Shown: piece by piece, positions 41,344 through 52,251 of the stretch | Layout: each line of letters starts with the position of its first letter | How positions within the stretch are numbered: position 1 is the first letter of the stretch | Origin: Alloprevotella sp. | GTDB taxonomy: Bacteria; Bacteroidota; Bacteroidia; Bacteroidales; Bacteroidaceae | Assembly: GCA_045632685.1 (NCBI GenBank) | Contig: JAZQXB010000056.1 | Location: forward strand, 8,738 to 72,737 | Direction: 5' to 3' | Length of the DNA: 64,000 nt | The notes under the pieces: generated by a model | The model's database searches: none | Told to the model about the DNA's origin: nothing | The model's input: only the letters and a program-made list of their open reading frames with translations | Made by a program: the position numbers and the translations under genes

Positions 41344-42336
41344 ATGGAAGAAATCATACAACCCATTGCCAAGGAACTGCTCAAGGCAGAACTCACGCCA
41401 GAGCGTCGCTTGCGCATTACCAACAAAAGCAATAACGAAATTTACATCGTAACCTATCATCAGGCGCCCAATGTCGTTCGCGAAATTGGTCGTCTGCGTG
41501 AGATTGCGTTCCGTGCCGCTGGGGGTGGAACTGGTAAGGCGTGCGACCTTGACGAATTTGATACGTGCGAGCATCCCTACTACCAACTCATCGTGTGGGA
41601 TCCCGAAGATGAAATGATTCTTGGTGGCTACCGCTTCCTTCCCGGTACGGAAATCGAACTCGGTGAGGACGGACAACCCAAGTTGGCGACGAGTCACATG
41701 TTTAAGTTCTCGCAGGACTTCATTGACAACTGTCTTCCTGATACCGTAGAACTCGGTCGCTCTTTCGTGACCTTGGAATATCAAAGTTCCAGCAAAATAG
41801 GTAAGGGACTCTTTGCGCTCGACAATCTTTGGGACGGTCTTGGTGCGCTCACTATTGTCTTGCCCAACATCAAGTACTTCTTCGGCAAGATGACCATGTA
41901 CCCCTCGTTCCACCGCCGTTCACGCGACTTGATTCTCTACTTCCTCAACAAGCACTTTGGCGATAAAGATGCGTGGGTAACTCCTGAAAATCCCGTTGTG
42001 TTGGATACGCCAGTCGAAGAACTTGCTGCCGTGCTTTGCGAAACAGACTTCAAGGCAGATTACAAGATTCTCAATACGGAGGTGCGTAAGATGGGCTTCA
42101 ATATCCCTCCCCTTGTGAATGCCTATATGGGCTTGAGCCCTACGATGCGTGTCTTTGGTACCGCCGTAAACCATGACTTTGGTGAAGTGGAAGAAACGGG
42201 CATCCTTATAGCTTTCGAAGAAATCTTGGAGCAGAAGCGTATCCGCCATATCGAGTCGTTTGCCAGCAATCATCCCGAATCCATCGAGATTTTCCGTGGT
42301 TATTTCTTGCGTGATATTATGAATAAGGAACAATAA
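41344..42336 (+). CDS. GNAT N-acyltransferase (OlsB/GlsB-like)
   Basis: EIGRLRE..FR, DEFD, GGYR, ELGRSFV and IPPL motifs. Confidence 0.82.
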   Translation: MEEIIQPIAKELLKAELTPERRLRITNKSNNEIYIVTYHQAPNVVREIGRLREIAFRAAGGGTGKACDLDEFDTCEHPYYQLIVWDPEDEMILGGYRFLPGTEIELGEDGQPKLATSHMFKFSQDFIDNCLPDTVELGRSFVTLEYQSSSKIGKGLFALDNLWDGLGALTIVLPNIKYFFGKMTMYPSFHRRSRDLILYFLNKHFGDKDAWVTPENPVVLDTPVEELAAVLCETDFKADYKILNTEVRKMGFNIPPLVNAYMGLSPTMRVFGTAVNHDFGEVEETGILIAFEEILEQKRIRHIESFASNHPESIEIFRGYFLRDIMNKEQ

Positions 42337-42367
42337 CTCCTTCCTATAAAAAGGATAACATAAAACT

Positions 42368-42408
42368 AAAAAAGTCCGTAGTACTTCATGTGTGCTACGG
42401 ACTTTTTT
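42368..42408. terminator. Bidirectional terminator
   Basis: AAAAAAGTCCGTAGTAC-N7-GTGCTACGGACTTTTTT between convergent genes. Confidence 0.88.
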
Positions 42409-42433
42409 GATAATAATGCTTCCTTACGCCCCA

Positions 42434-43336
42434 TCAAATGCGGTACTGCAGTCCCACAGAGAAGGTGAATGAAGGTTTGTATTTGTAGGCATTCTTGTTG
42501 CTGAACATATTGCTCCAAAAGGCTTTGGCTGTTCGGTCTACAATTTTTGCTTTGTGGTAATACACATACCCTACGTCAGCCTTCACGGAAACGTGTTTAG
42601 CGATATGATACGAACCTTCTAATGTCGTTTTTATCAAGTTGTTGGTGTAAATCTTATGGGAGTTTCCCGCCGTGATAACTGCTGAAAACCGTTCCGCGTC
42701 GAAGGGAGAAAGTGCCAATTGGAATTTCGGAGTGACCTGCGTCGAAATCCTGAACTCTGGCATTCCGCGCATATTCAGTTCGTAGTTGATACGCCCTTTC
42801 TTTTTCCACGTGATAAACGGAACTGGGAGGCAGACTACTTCTCCATAACTGGTGGTAGCAATAAGTCCAATTCCTAAATTTAATCCGCTATTGACACGAT
42901 AGGAGAAGATGGTGCCTGCCGTCAATGAGAGACTGTTTGTGCGGATGTAATCAGAGGGTGCATTCAAACTGACTCCGGCAGTTGCAATCATGTTCCATTT
43001 TGCTGAAAGGCTGCGTACGTGTGTGAGCATCATTCCTGTATTGATGATTTCCTCTGGATGAACAACTGTAGCGCCACCTTCGTGATCCATTGTGGCGTAT
43101 TTCCCACTAACCGTAAGTATCCATGTGCGGATGCCACGAATGGAGTCTCTCTTTATGGATAGCGGGAGGGTGATGCTTCCAGCAATGAACTGCATATCCC
43201 CCTTGCCCACCTTTTCCTTATCTCGATTCTCTAAATCACTGGAAAAGATATGCCCGTATTCAATGTGCTGTGCGAAGCTCGAAATAGGAAGAACGCAAGC
43301 ACAGGCTAACAGAATTTTCAGTAGGGTTTGAGTCAT
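42434..43336 (-). CDS. Putative outer-membrane beta-barrel protein (DUF6268-like)
   Basis: Signal peptide from MTQTL, alternating beta-strand pattern, C-terminal VGLQYRI. Confidence 0.65.
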   Translation of the reverse strand: MTQTLLKILLACACVLPISSFAQHIEYGHIFSSDLENRDKEKVGKGDMQFIAGSITLPLSIKRDSIRGIRTWILTVSGKYATMDHEGGATVVHPEEIINTGMMLTHVRSLSAKWNMIATAGVSLNAPSDYIRTNSLSLTAGTIFSYRVNSGLNLGIGLIATTSYGEVVCLPVPFITWKKKGRINYELNMRGMPEFRISTQVTPKFQLALSPFDAERFSAVITAGNSHKIYTNNLIKTTLEGSYHIAKHVSVKADVGYVYYHKAKIVDRTAKAFWSNMFSNKNAYKYKPSFTFSVGLQYRI

Positions 43337-43411
43337 TATAATTTTGAAGTGGTGTAGGGGATTGTTACAAAACGAGGAGGTCTTACGCATAAGCCCTCCT
43401 CGTCTATTTAG

Positions 43412-44638
43412 TTATTTCAATACGTCGCAGATTTCTTTATAGATAGCATCACGTGCGCCTGCATTGCTGCGGATGTAGTTGCCCGCTGCGTTGCCTGAAC
43501 TGCGAAGGAGTTCATCGTAAGTAAGCAACTTCGTTAATACATCAGTGAAGTCTGCCACATTGTGAATTTCATACGAACCATGGCAAGCAATGAGGTCTTG
43601 TGCCTCCTTAAACTTCTTGTTGTTGGGACCGAAGAGCACGGGACAACCATACACCGCCGCTTCGGGTACATTGTGGATGCCTACGCCGAACCCACCGCCT
43701 ACATACGCCACCGTGGCGTAACGGTAAATGCTGGAGAGCAGGCCGTAGCAGTCGATGATGAGGCAATCTGCCTTTGCCGCTTCCTCGGGTGTCGCCTTGG
43801 AGTAACGCAAAGCGGGGCGCTCCAATTTACGCTCGATTTCCGAGAGGTGACCTTCGTTTACAACGTGGGGCGCAATGACGAGTTTGAGGTCCTTACGCTT
43901 GTTGAAGTAAGGGATGAAGAGGTCTTCATCAGGCGCCCAGGAAGAACCCGCTATCAGCACCTTCTTGCCCTTGGCAAACGCCTCAACGATGGGCAATTCC
44001 TTGGCTTGGTTCATAATGTCCAGGACGCGGTCGAAACGCGTGTCGCCCGTCTTTGTCACGGCAGTGATGCCGAGAGTCTTGAGCAAGTCGATGGAGGCAT
44101 CGTTTTGCACAAAGAAGTGGGTAATCTTGTGCAAGCACTTTGCGTAACTCTTGCCGTACCAACGGAAGAAGATTTGGTCGGGACGGAAGATGCTTGACAC
44201 ACTATAAACGGGGATGTCGTTGCGGTAGAGTGCACCAATGTAATTGGGCCAAAACTCATACTTCACGAAGAACGCCATCTTGACATTCGCTAAGCGCACG
44301 AAGCGGCGCGCATTCAGGGGAGTGTCAAAAGGAAGGTAGCAAATCACGTCGGCACCTTCGTAGTTCTTGCGCACTTCATAGCCCGAGGGTGAGAAGAACG
44401 TAAGCAGAATTTTCAGGTGAGGGTGTGACGCGCGGATGCGTTCGATAAGGGGGCGCCCTTGTTCAAATTCGCCGAGCGAAGCTGCGTGAACCCACACATA
44501 TTGTTGCGTGGGGTCAATCTCGCTGCGCAGTTTGTCAAATGTCTCATGCTGCCCCTTAATCATAAGGCGCACCTTCTTGCTAAAGAGCGCCGCAATGTGG
44601 GCTCCAAGCGAGTAGAAGAAGATTATAAGCGTGTACAT
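43412..44638 (-). CDS. waaA: 3-deoxy-D-manno-octulosonic acid (Kdo) transferase
   Basis: WVHAASLGEF, TFFSPSG, YLPFD, GDTRFD and HNVPEAA motifs; start moved to MYTLII. Confidence 0.95.
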   Translation of the reverse strand: MYTLIIFFYSLGAHIAALFSKKVRLMIKGQHETFDKLRSEIDPTQQYVWVHAASLGEFEQGRPLIERIRASHPHLKILLTFFSPSGYEVRKNYEGADVICYLPFDTPLNARRFVRLANVKMAFFVKYEFWPNYIGALYRNDIPVYSVSSIFRPDQIFFRWYGKSYAKCLHKITHFFVQNDASIDLLKTLGITAVTKTGDTRFDRVLDIMNQAKELPIVEAFAKGKKVLIAGSSWAPDEDLFIPYFNKRKDLKLVIAPHVVNEGHLSEIERKLERPALRYSKATPEEAAKADCLIIDCYGLLSSIYRYATVAYVGGGFGVGIHNVPEAAVYGCPVLFGPNNKKFKEAQDLIACHGSYEIHNVADFTDVLTKLLTYDELLRSSGNAAGNYIRSNAGARDAIYKEICDVLK

Positions 44639-44711
44639 TATTACAAGTACAGGTTTTGAGGGATGAGGGTCTTTAAGGTCTTTAGAGACTTTAGGGTCTT
44701 TAAGGACCTTC

Positions 44712-46226
44712 TTAAGGAAGTTGTTCCAACGCAAAGTCAAAGCGGCGGAGCGTTTCTTCCTTGCCGAGGAATTCTGAGAGTTCGTGCATGTCAGGACCCT
44801 TACCTTCGCCCACGAGCACAACGCGCCAAGCGTTCCAAGGCTTCGCTCCTGTTTCTTCCACCCACTTATCTACCGCCTGACGCATAGGTTCGATGGTGAA
44901 ATCCTCAAGGTCGGCGAGGATAGCGCGGAGTTGTTGCATTTCTGCCTTAGCACCTTCCTTCCAGTTCTTACGTACAAACTTGTCTTCGAGGTCAAACTTT
45001 GTGGGAGCCACAAAGAAGAAGTCACAGAGGGGCCAGAGTTCCTTGATGAAGTTAATCTTCTTCATCTTCATCATACCTACCACCTGCGCCACGCGTTCGA
45101 TGGGCGCTTCAATGCCGTTCTCGCGGAGGATAGCGTCAAGGGTGGGCGCGAGGGTGAGGTCGTCCGCCTTCTGCAAGTATTCGCGGTTGAACCATTGACC
45201 CTTTACGTAGTCGAACTTCGCACCGCTCTTTGAGCACTTGGCGAGGTCGAAGAGGCGCACCATATCTTCGAGCGAAAGGATTTCTTGGTCGTCGCCGGGG
45301 TTCCAACCGAGGAGGGCGAGGAAGTTGATTACCGCTTCGGGAAGGTAACCACTTTCGCGATACCCCGAACTTACTTCACCCGTAGCCGCATGCCATTCCA
45401 AGGGGAATACGGGGAAGCCGAGGCGATCGCCGTCACGCTTCGAGAGTTTTCCCTTGCCGTCGGGTTTGAGCAACAAAGGAAGGTGTGCAAATTCAGGCAT
45501 CGTGTCTTCCCAACCAAAGGCCTTGTAGAGCAACACGTGAAGGGGCGCCGAGGGGAGCCACTCTTCGCCACGGATGACATGAGAAATGAGCATCAAGTGG
45601 TCATCCACGATGTTGGCAAGGTGGTAAGTGGGGAGCTGGTCGGCACTCTTGTAAAGCACCTTATCGTCAAGGATAGAAGAGTTGATGACAACGCGACCGC
45701 GAATAAGGTCGTTTACCACAACATCCTCTCCGGGTTCGATTTTGAAGCGCACTACATATTGTTCACCTGCAGCAATGAGCGCTTCCACTTCTTCCGCAGA
45801 GAGCGTGAGAGAGTTGCGCATGCTGAGGCGGGTCTTGGCGTCGTACTGGAAGTTTTCTACTTCCTCGCGCTTCGCATTGAGTTCTTCGGGAGTGTCAAAG
45901 GCGATGTACGCCTTGCCGTTTGCCAAGAGTTCATCGACATACTTTTTGTAAATGTCACGGCGTTCTGACTGGCGATAGGGACCGTAGTTGCCGCCATAAC
46001 TTACGCCTTCGTCAAACTTAAGACCGAGCCATTCAAAGGCTTCGATAATATATTCTTCAGCGCCAGGAACGAAGCGGTTAGAGTCAGTATCTTCGATACG
46101 GAACACGAATTCGCCTCCATGCTGCTTCGCAAAGAGGTAATTATAGAGCGCTGTGCGCACACCACCAATGTGAAGAGGGCCCGTAGGCGAGGGTGCGAAA
46201 CGCACACGTACTTTTCTCTGAGTCAT
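44712..46226 (-). CDS. gltX: Glutamate--tRNA ligase
   Basis: [12 protein letters not shown] and KLSKR motifs. Confidence 0.98.
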   Translation of the reverse strand: MTQRKVRVRFAPSPTGPLHIGGVRTALYNYLFAKQHGGEFVFRIEDTDSNRFVPGAEEYIIEAFEWLGLKFDEGVSYGGNYGPYRQSERRDIYKKYVDELLANGKAYIAFDTPEELNAKREEVENFQYDAKTRLSMRNSLTLSAEEVEALIAAGEQYVVRFKIEPGEDVVVNDLIRGRVVINSSILDDKVLYKSADQLPTYHLANIVDDHLMLISHVIRGEEWLPSAPLHVLLYKAFGWEDTMPEFAHLPLLLKPDGKGKLSKRDGDRLGFPVFPLEWHAATGEVSSGYRESGYLPEAVINFLALLGWNPGDDQEILSLEDMVRLFDLAKCSKSGAKFDYVKGQWFNREYLQKADDLTLAPTLDAILRENGIEAPIERVAQVVGMMKMKKINFIKELWPLCDFFFVAPTKFDLEDKFVRKNWKEGAKAEMQQLRAILADLEDFTIEPMRQAVDKWVEETGAKPWNAWRVVLVGEGKGPDMHELSEFLGKEETLRRFDFALEQLP

Positions 46227-46536
46227 TGTATAACACTTTTTAAGATTTTACGTTGCAAAAGTAGGAAAATTTAAGGAGGAGGCAAACACTAAAGGTATAA
46301 AATATGCGCGCGAGGAGTTGAACTTTTACGAGGGTGGGACATTCCGAAAAATATTCGGCAGTTATTTGAAAATCATCGGCACTTAAATTAAAAAGTTCGG
46401 CATTTAGTTTTTGGGGTAATGTAGAGGGGATTTATTAAGGGGGTGACGCATTGCATTGCCCCCGTAAGATGCCCCATAACAGTCGGATATGAAATAAATA
46501 AGCCTTACCTCAACTATTTTGCGCCACAACTATTTT

Positions 46537-46625
46537 AGCCACTAATGAACACGAATGGGCACTAATGCCTGCGGGACATTTAAGTCCGGATGGATATTAG
46601 TGTCCATTCGTGTTCATTAGTGGCT
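46537..46625. repeat. Family D inverted repeat (30-bp arms AGCCACTAATGAACACGAATGGGCACTAAT)
   Basis: Arms 46537-46566 and 46596-46625; partial homologue at about 17001-17080. Confidence 0.88.
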
Positions 46626-46793
46626 TCAAATAAAACAAACGAGCAATAATCCTTTTTGGGGCTATCACCTGTGTTACTCCCCAAAAACTTTCCCCTTTAC
46701 CCCCTTAAAAACAAAGAATTTCCCTGTTGGCAATCTATGATTGGCACGAAAAACGTAACTTTGCAGGGAAATGTAAATAATAAATATCACGAT

Positions 46794-48851
46794 ATGAAAG
46801 ATTTTAAGAGAACGCTTGTTACTTCCGCCTTGCCCTATGCCAACGGAGGTATTCATATTGGTCACCTCGCAGGTGTGTATGTGCCTGCCGACATCTACGT
46901 ACGCTACCTCCGTTTGAAGGGCGAGGAAGTGCTTTTCATCGGTGGCTCTGACGAACACGGGGTTCCCGTAACCATCCGTGCGAAGAAGGAAGGCATCACC
47001 GTGCAAGAGGTGGTTGACCGCTACCATAACTTAATCAAAAATTCATTTGCCGATTTCGGTATTTCCTTCGACGTGTATTCTCGCACCACTTCCGACACGC
47101 ATAAGAAGCATGCCTCTGACTTCTTCCGCAAGCTCTACGACACTGGTAAGTTTGTAGAACTCGAGTCGGAACAATTCTATGATGAAGAAGCGAAGGAGTT
47201 CTTGACCGACCGCAATATCAAGGGCGAATGCCCCCGTTGCCATGCCGCTGATGCGTATGGCGACCAGTGTGAAAAGTGTGGTTCAACGCTTTCACCCGAA
47301 GAGTTAATCAACCCCTACAATGCCGCTACGGGTAACGCCCTTGTAAAGCGCCCCACAAGCCATTGGTATCTTCCGCTCAACGATTACCAGGAGTGGCTCG
47401 AGAAGTGGATTTTGGAAGACCACAAAGAGTGGCGCCCCAATGTGTATGGCCAATGTAAGAGTTGGTTAGACTTGGGCCTTCGCCCCCGTGCCGTAACGCG
47501 CGACTTGAATTGGGGTATCCCCGTTCCCGTTGAGGGAGCTGAGGGCAAGGTGCTCTATGTGTGGTTTGACGCTCCCATTGGTTATATCTCAAATACGAAA
47601 GAGTTGCTCCCCAACGACTGGGAAAAGTGGTGGAAGCAGGAAGACACGCGCCTCCTTCACTTCATCGGTAAGGACAATATCGTGTTCCACTGCATCGTAT
47701 TCCCAACGATGCTCAAGGCTGAGGGTTCTTACATCCTCCCCGAGAATGTGCCCTCTAACGAATTCTTGAACCTTGAAGACGATAAGATTTCAACGTCGCG
47801 CAACTGGGCAGTGTGGCTCCACGAATACTTGGTGGATTTCCCCGGAAAGCAGGATGTGCTCCGCTATGTTTTGACGGCAAATGCGCCTGAAACAAAGGAT
47901 AATAACTTTACGTGGAAAGACTTCCAAGCACGTAACAATAACGAACTCGTAGCCGTTTATGGTAACTTCGTAAACCGTGCTCTCCAGCTCACAAAGAAGT
48001 ATTACGACGGCGTAGTTCCCGCTTGTGGCGAACTCACAGAGACGGACAAGGCAACGATTGAGGAATTCACCAACGTGAAGGCTGAAGTGGAACGCCTTCT
48101 CGACACATTCCGCTTCCGCGATGCACAAAAGGAAGCGATGAACTTGGCACGTATCGGTAATAAGTATCTTGCTGATAGCGAACCTTGGAAGGTGGTGAAG
48201 ACGGACCCTGAACGCGTGAAGACCATTATGCACTTGTCACTCCAACTTGTAGCGAACCTCGCCATTGCGTTTGAACCTTTCCTCCCCTTCAGTTCTGCAA
48301 AGCTCCGCGGCATGCTCAAGATGGAAAATGCAGATTGGAGTCGCCTCGGTAATACCGACCTCCTTGTTGCAGGTCACCAGTTGGACGAACCCGCATTGCT
48401 CTTCGAGAAGATTGAAGATGATGCTATCGACGCGCAGATGCTTCGCCTCGAAAAAATTAAGGAAGAAAATGAGCGCCTCAAGCAACTTGAGGAAGCGAAG
48501 AACTTTAAGGCACAACCCATTAAGCCCAATGTAAGTTTCGAAGATTGGGAAAAGTTGGACATCCGTGTAGGTACGGTGCTCGAATGTGAGCGTGTGCCCA
48601 AGGCAGATAAGTTGTTGAAGTTCCTCATTGCCGACGGCCTCGAAAACCGCACCATTCTTTCGGGTATTGCTCAGCACTATGCGCCCGAAGAACTCGTGGG
48701 CAAGCAAATCTGTTTCATCGCCAACTTCCCGCCCCGCAAAATCCGCGGTATCGAAAGCCAAGGCATGATTCTTTCTGCTGAAAACTTCGACGGTTCGCTC
48801 GGCGTGATTACGCTTGACCGCGAAACGAAGAATGGTTGTCCCGTAGTGTAA
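46794..48851 (+). CDS. metG: Methionine--tRNA ligase
   Basis: LPYANG.IHIGH, Zn knuckle, KISTS and C-terminal OB domain; promoter TAACTTTG at 46756. Confidence 0.98.
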   Translation: MKDFKRTLVTSALPYANGGIHIGHLAGVYVPADIYVRYLRLKGEEVLFIGGSDEHGVPVTIRAKKEGITVQEVVDRYHNLIKNSFADFGISFDVYSRTTSDTHKKHASDFFRKLYDTGKFVELESEQFYDEEAKEFLTDRNIKGECPRCHAADAYGDQCEKCGSTLSPEELINPYNAATGNALVKRPTSHWYLPLNDYQEWLEKWILEDHKEWRPNVYGQCKSWLDLGLRPRAVTRDLNWGIPVPVEGAEGKVLYVWFDAPIGYISNTKELLPNDWEKWWKQEDTRLLHFIGKDNIVFHCIVFPTMLKAEGSYILPENVPSNEFLNLEDDKISTSRNWAVWLHEYLVDFPGKQDVLRYVLTANAPETKDNNFTWKDFQARNNNELVAVYGNFVNRALQLTKKYYDGVVPACGELTETDKATIEEFTNVKAEVERLLDTFRFRDAQKEAMNLARIGNKYLADSEPWKVVKTDPERVKTIMHLSLQLVANLAIAFEPFLPFSSAKLRGMLKMENADWSRLGNTDLLVAGHQLDEPALLFEKIEDDAIDAQMLRLEKIKEENERLKQLEEAKNFKAQPIKPNVSFEDWEKLDIRVGTVLECERVPKADKLLKFLIADGLENRTILSGIAQHYAPEELVGKQICFIANFPPRKIRGIESQGMILSAENFDGSLGVITLDRETKNGCPVV

Positions 48852-49004
48852 AATATAACGGCGTTGTGTTATAATGAGCAAACTGCAGCGTTGCTTCTCA
48901 ATATCGGACTTGCATTTTACTCACTCTTACACAACTTACGAGGGCGTGCCGAAATTTGCATTTCGACACCCCCTCTCCTCCTTTTAAGATTTCTCCTTTC
49001 TTTC

Positions 49005-50525
49005 ATGCCCATTTCCCAAAAACAAAAAACCAAGCAAACCTCGATACACCGCCAAGAGCAGGTGCAGAAACTCGAGCATGGGTTGCAAGTGGCTATGGCG
49101 CTGCTTGCCGAGAAGAGTTTGGTGGATTTAGAAGAACAGGTGAGAAAGGAACTGGACGAAAATCCTGCTCTTGAGGAACTTCAGGAATGGGATGAACCCT
49201 ATGAAAGAGAAGAAACGGTTGACGACGAGGGGGACGCTTCTGAAAGCGAAGATATTGGGCGCGATGCCGACTACGACGAAGGACGCACCGACTTGCCTAA
49301 CGACGATGATGGATTGGATATTTCCGATAACCGCATTTCGGAAGGTGTTTACGGAGAAGTCGGAGCGCACGATGCACAGATTGTGCAAGCACCTACGTTC
49401 TATGATTCGCTGGAGGACCAACTGATTAGTTTTGATCTGAACGAAGAAGAATTGGAGGTGATGCGCTACCTTATTGGTTCGCTGGACAACAACGGTTATC
49501 TGTTGAAAGAACTGCAAACCATCTCCGACGAACTCTATGCGTACCATCAGCAGGACGTAAGTGTTGCGCTTTTGGAACACCTGCTGGAACTCTTGCAAAC
49601 CCTTGAACCTCATGGTGTGGGTGCGCGCAATGAGCAGGAGTGTCTGACTATCCAGTTGCGCATGAAGCACATGGATAAGGGCTTAAAGGTGGCTGCGCTA
49701 AAGGCGATTGAGCACCATTATGACCTGTTTATCCATAAAAAGTGGGACGCGTTGCAACGCCGTTTGCGCTTGTCGGACGAGGCTTTCGCACAGGTGCTCA
49801 ACGTGCTGACGCACCTCAACCTAAAACCTGGGGCAGACCTCAACGATACCATTACGATGGGGGCGCCAACGATTATCCCCGATATCTTCGTGCGTGTTAC
49901 CGACAATGGTGAAATTGTGGTGGAGTTAAACAACGGCAATATCCCAGAACTCTGTGTGAGTCCTTCTTACCTGGAGATGGTGCGCGAATTAGCTCCCAAG
50001 AAAGACCATCTCAGCAAGGCTCAGTTGGACGAACTCACCCTTGTACAAGACAAAATCACCGCAGCAGACAACTTTATCAATACGCTGAAGATGCGTAGTC
50101 TGGCGCTGCGCGGTGTGGCAAAGATTCTCGTGCAGAAGCAACGCGATTTCTTCCTCAATGACGACGACGAAACGCGCATAGTGCCCATGAAACTCAGTGA
50201 TATTTCTGATGCCTTGGGTATTCATGTCTCTACCGTCTCACGAGTGGTGCGCAGTAAATACTTGCAAACACCTTACGGCACCTATCAACTCAAGGAATTC
50301 TTCTCTTCATCATTCATATCTCAAACAGGAGAAGAACAGTCGGCACACATGACACGCCTCAAACTGGAAGAAGTTATTGCTGCCGAGGACAAGCGCAAAC
50401 CGCTCTCTGACGAACAAATTGCTGAGGCTGTTACCGCCCTCGGATTTCCCATTGCACGCCGCACAGTAACGAAGTATCGTGAAAAACTCGGCATCCCCGA
50501 GAAACGATTGAGAAAGCAAGGGTGA
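49005..50525 (+). CDS. rpoN: RNA polymerase sigma-54 factor
   Basis: Q-rich N terminus, ENPALEE, HVSTVSR and the RpoN box ARRTVTKYRE. Confidence 0.95.
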   Translation: MPISQKQKTKQTSIHRQEQVQKLEHGLQVAMALLAEKSLVDLEEQVRKELDENPALEELQEWDEPYEREETVDDEGDASESEDIGRDADYDEGRTDLPNDDDGLDISDNRISEGVYGEVGAHDAQIVQAPTFYDSLEDQLISFDLNEEELEVMRYLIGSLDNNGYLLKELQTISDELYAYHQQDVSVALLEHLLELLQTLEPHGVGARNEQECLTIQLRMKHMDKGLKVAALKAIEHHYDLFIHKKWDALQRRLRLSDEAFAQVLNVLTHLNLKPGADLNDTITMGAPTIIPDIFVRVTDNGEIVVELNNGNIPELCVSPSYLEMVRELAPKKDHLSKAQLDELTLVQDKITAADNFINTLKMRSLALRGVAKILVQKQRDFFLNDDDETRIVPMKLSDISDALGIHVSTVSRVVRSKYLQTPYGTYQLKEFFSSSFISQTGEEQSAHMTRLKLEEVIAAEDKRKPLSDEQIAEAVTALGFPIARRTVTKYREKLGIPEKRLRKQG

Positions 50526-50583
50526 GTTAGGTCTCTCGCTTGTTATCTTCGTTGCAACAATAAAAACTCTTACTCCACTCGCT

Positions 50584-51201
50584 GTGAATAACAGACTCTT
50601 ACTCAGCACAGCAAAGTTCATATCGCAACTCACCTCCCCCTTCTACCTCCCAGTACTGGCATTTCTTCTGATTTTTACCTTCAGTTACTTGCGCCTCTTA
50701 CCCTGGGAATACAAAGGGATAGTCGTGGTGCTGGTATATTTCTTTACCGCCCTACTGCCCCGCACACTGATTTTTGTATATGCAAAACTCAATGGTTGGG
50801 GGCACCGCCACTTAGGGAAGCGCGAACGCCGCTATGTGCCTTATATCATCTCAATATTTTCCTACTATATCCTGCTCCAAATCATGACGCTGCTCTTTAT
50901 GCCGCGATTCACGATGGGACTGATTGTAGGAGCTCTTGCCATCCAACTTATCTGCTTCCTGCTGAATCCTTTTCTCAAGGTAAGCACCCATGCTGCAAGC
51001 GCTGGAAGTGCCGTTGGGGCGCTGATGGTATTAGGAATCTATTTTGATTTCAATCCCTTGTTCTGGATTTGCATCGCCATCCTCTACACGGGCATTGTCT
51101 GTACCGCCCGCTACATCCTCCGCGTTCATACGCTGGCAGGTATCGGTTGGGGCGTACTCATCGGCGTCATTTGTGGCGCATTAAGCATTTTGCTATGTTG
51201 A
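50584..51201 (+). CDS. PAP2-like membrane protein
   Basis: Multi-TM; KVSTH and AR..L.VHT motifs. Confidence 0.7.
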   Translation: MNNRLLLSTAKFISQLTSPFYLPVLAFLLIFTFSYLRLLPWEYKGIVVVLVYFFTALLPRTLIFVYAKLNGWGHRHLGKRERRYVPYIISIFSYYILLQIMTLLFMPRFTMGLIVGALAIQLICFLLNPFLKVSTHAASAGSAVGALMVLGIYFDFNPLFWICIAILYTGIVCTARYILRVHTLAGIGWGVLIGVICGALSILLC

Positions 51202-51206
51202 TTTAG

Positions 51207-51392
51207 AAGGTTGTAAGGTTATGAGGTCGCTACGCTTTTAGGTTTATTTCGTTGAGTAGACGAGTTTACGAGGTACAAGTAGACAAGCGGTTGCCGAGAT
51301 AAACGTATGTCCCTCCCCAAACCTTAAAACCTCTCCCCCTTATAACCTTTCACCCTCAAAACCTAACCCCTTATAACCTCAAAACCTCCCCA
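51207..51392. repeat. Inverted TAAGGTT/AACCTTA tracts enclosing GAGTAGAC-type units
   Basis: Read directly from sequence. Confidence 0.75.
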
Positions 51393-51395
51393 CTT

Positions 51396-51902
51396 ATGAC
51401 TCCTCTCGTAAGCATTATCATGGGCAGCACAAGCGACCTGCCCGTTATGGAAAAAGCAGCGAAGTTCCTCAACGACATGGAAATTCCCTTTGAAATGAAC
51501 GCCCTTTCTGCACACCGCACTCCCCAGGAAGTGGAAGACTTTGCAAAGTCTGCACAGGCGCGTGGCATTAAGGTCATCATTGCTGGTGCTGGAATGGCAG
51601 CTGCGCTCCCCGGTGTAGTTGCAGCAAGCACTAACGTACCCGTAATTGGTGTTCCTATTAAGGGCATGCTCGACGGATTGGACGCACTGCTCTCTATCGT
51701 ACAGATGCCTCCTGGAATTCCCGTGGCTACGGTGGGCGTAAACGGTGCGCTCAACGCTGGTATTCTTGCTGCCCAAATGATTTCACTCTCCGACGCTGCT
51801 CTTGCTGAAAAGCTCGCGGCGTATAAGGAAGGCCTCAAGTCTAAAATCGTAAAGGCAAACGAGGAACTCTCTGAAGTAAAATACGCTTTCAAGACTAATT
51901 AG
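51396..51902 (+). CDS. purE: N5-CAIR mutase
   Basis: IMGSTSD, SAHRTP and QMPPGIPVATV motifs. Confidence 0.97.
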   Translation: MTPLVSIIMGSTSDLPVMEKAAKFLNDMEIPFEMNALSAHRTPQEVEDFAKSAQARGIKVIIAGAGMAAALPGVVAASTNVPVIGVPIKGMLDGLDALLSIVQMPPGIPVATVGVNGALNAGILAAQMISLSDAALAEKLAAYKEGLKSKIVKANEELSEVKYAFKTN

Positions 51903-51917
51903 TTTTTACACAAAAAA

Positions 51918-51956
51918 AGCGTTGAAGCACAGGCAATGACCGTGTGCTTCAACGCT
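51918..51956. terminator. Hairpin after purE
   Basis: AGCGTTGAAGCAC-N13-GTGCTTCAACGCT. Confidence 0.65.
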
Positions 51957-52016
51957 ATATTGTTTCATCAGAGTTTAAGTTTGAGGGGTGTTCTTCAAGA
52001 ACAAATGTAAAAAAGA

Positions 52017-52200
52017 CATACCCCCTCCCCGCCGTTGGCGGTACTCCCCCTATTTTAAGGGGAGAGATGGGTTACATACTTCCTTTAGTAACAAACAATA
52101 GTCCTCTACGCGCTTATAAGTTGGCATCTAAAGCGAATAAATCATTCTAAACTCTCCCCTTAAGATAGGGGGAGTACCGCGTAAGCGGGGAGGGGGTATG
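52017..52200. repeat. Family A-related variant element with arms in reversed arrangement
   Basis: Arms 52017-52066 and 52152-52200 (CTCTCCCCTTAAGATAGGGGGAGTACCGCGTAAGCGGGGAGGGGGTATG). Confidence 0.88.
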
Positions 52201-52251
52201 AATACCTAAAACCCAAAAGTTTATTCATCTATTTCTAAATAGGAATCCCCT

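Noticed and set aside
44639..44821. N-terminal extension of waaA (similarly argB, flippase, mnmA, metG, rpoN, mdh)
   Set aside because: The extensions run through repeats, promoters or the neighbouring gene; conserved sequence begins at downstream ATGs.
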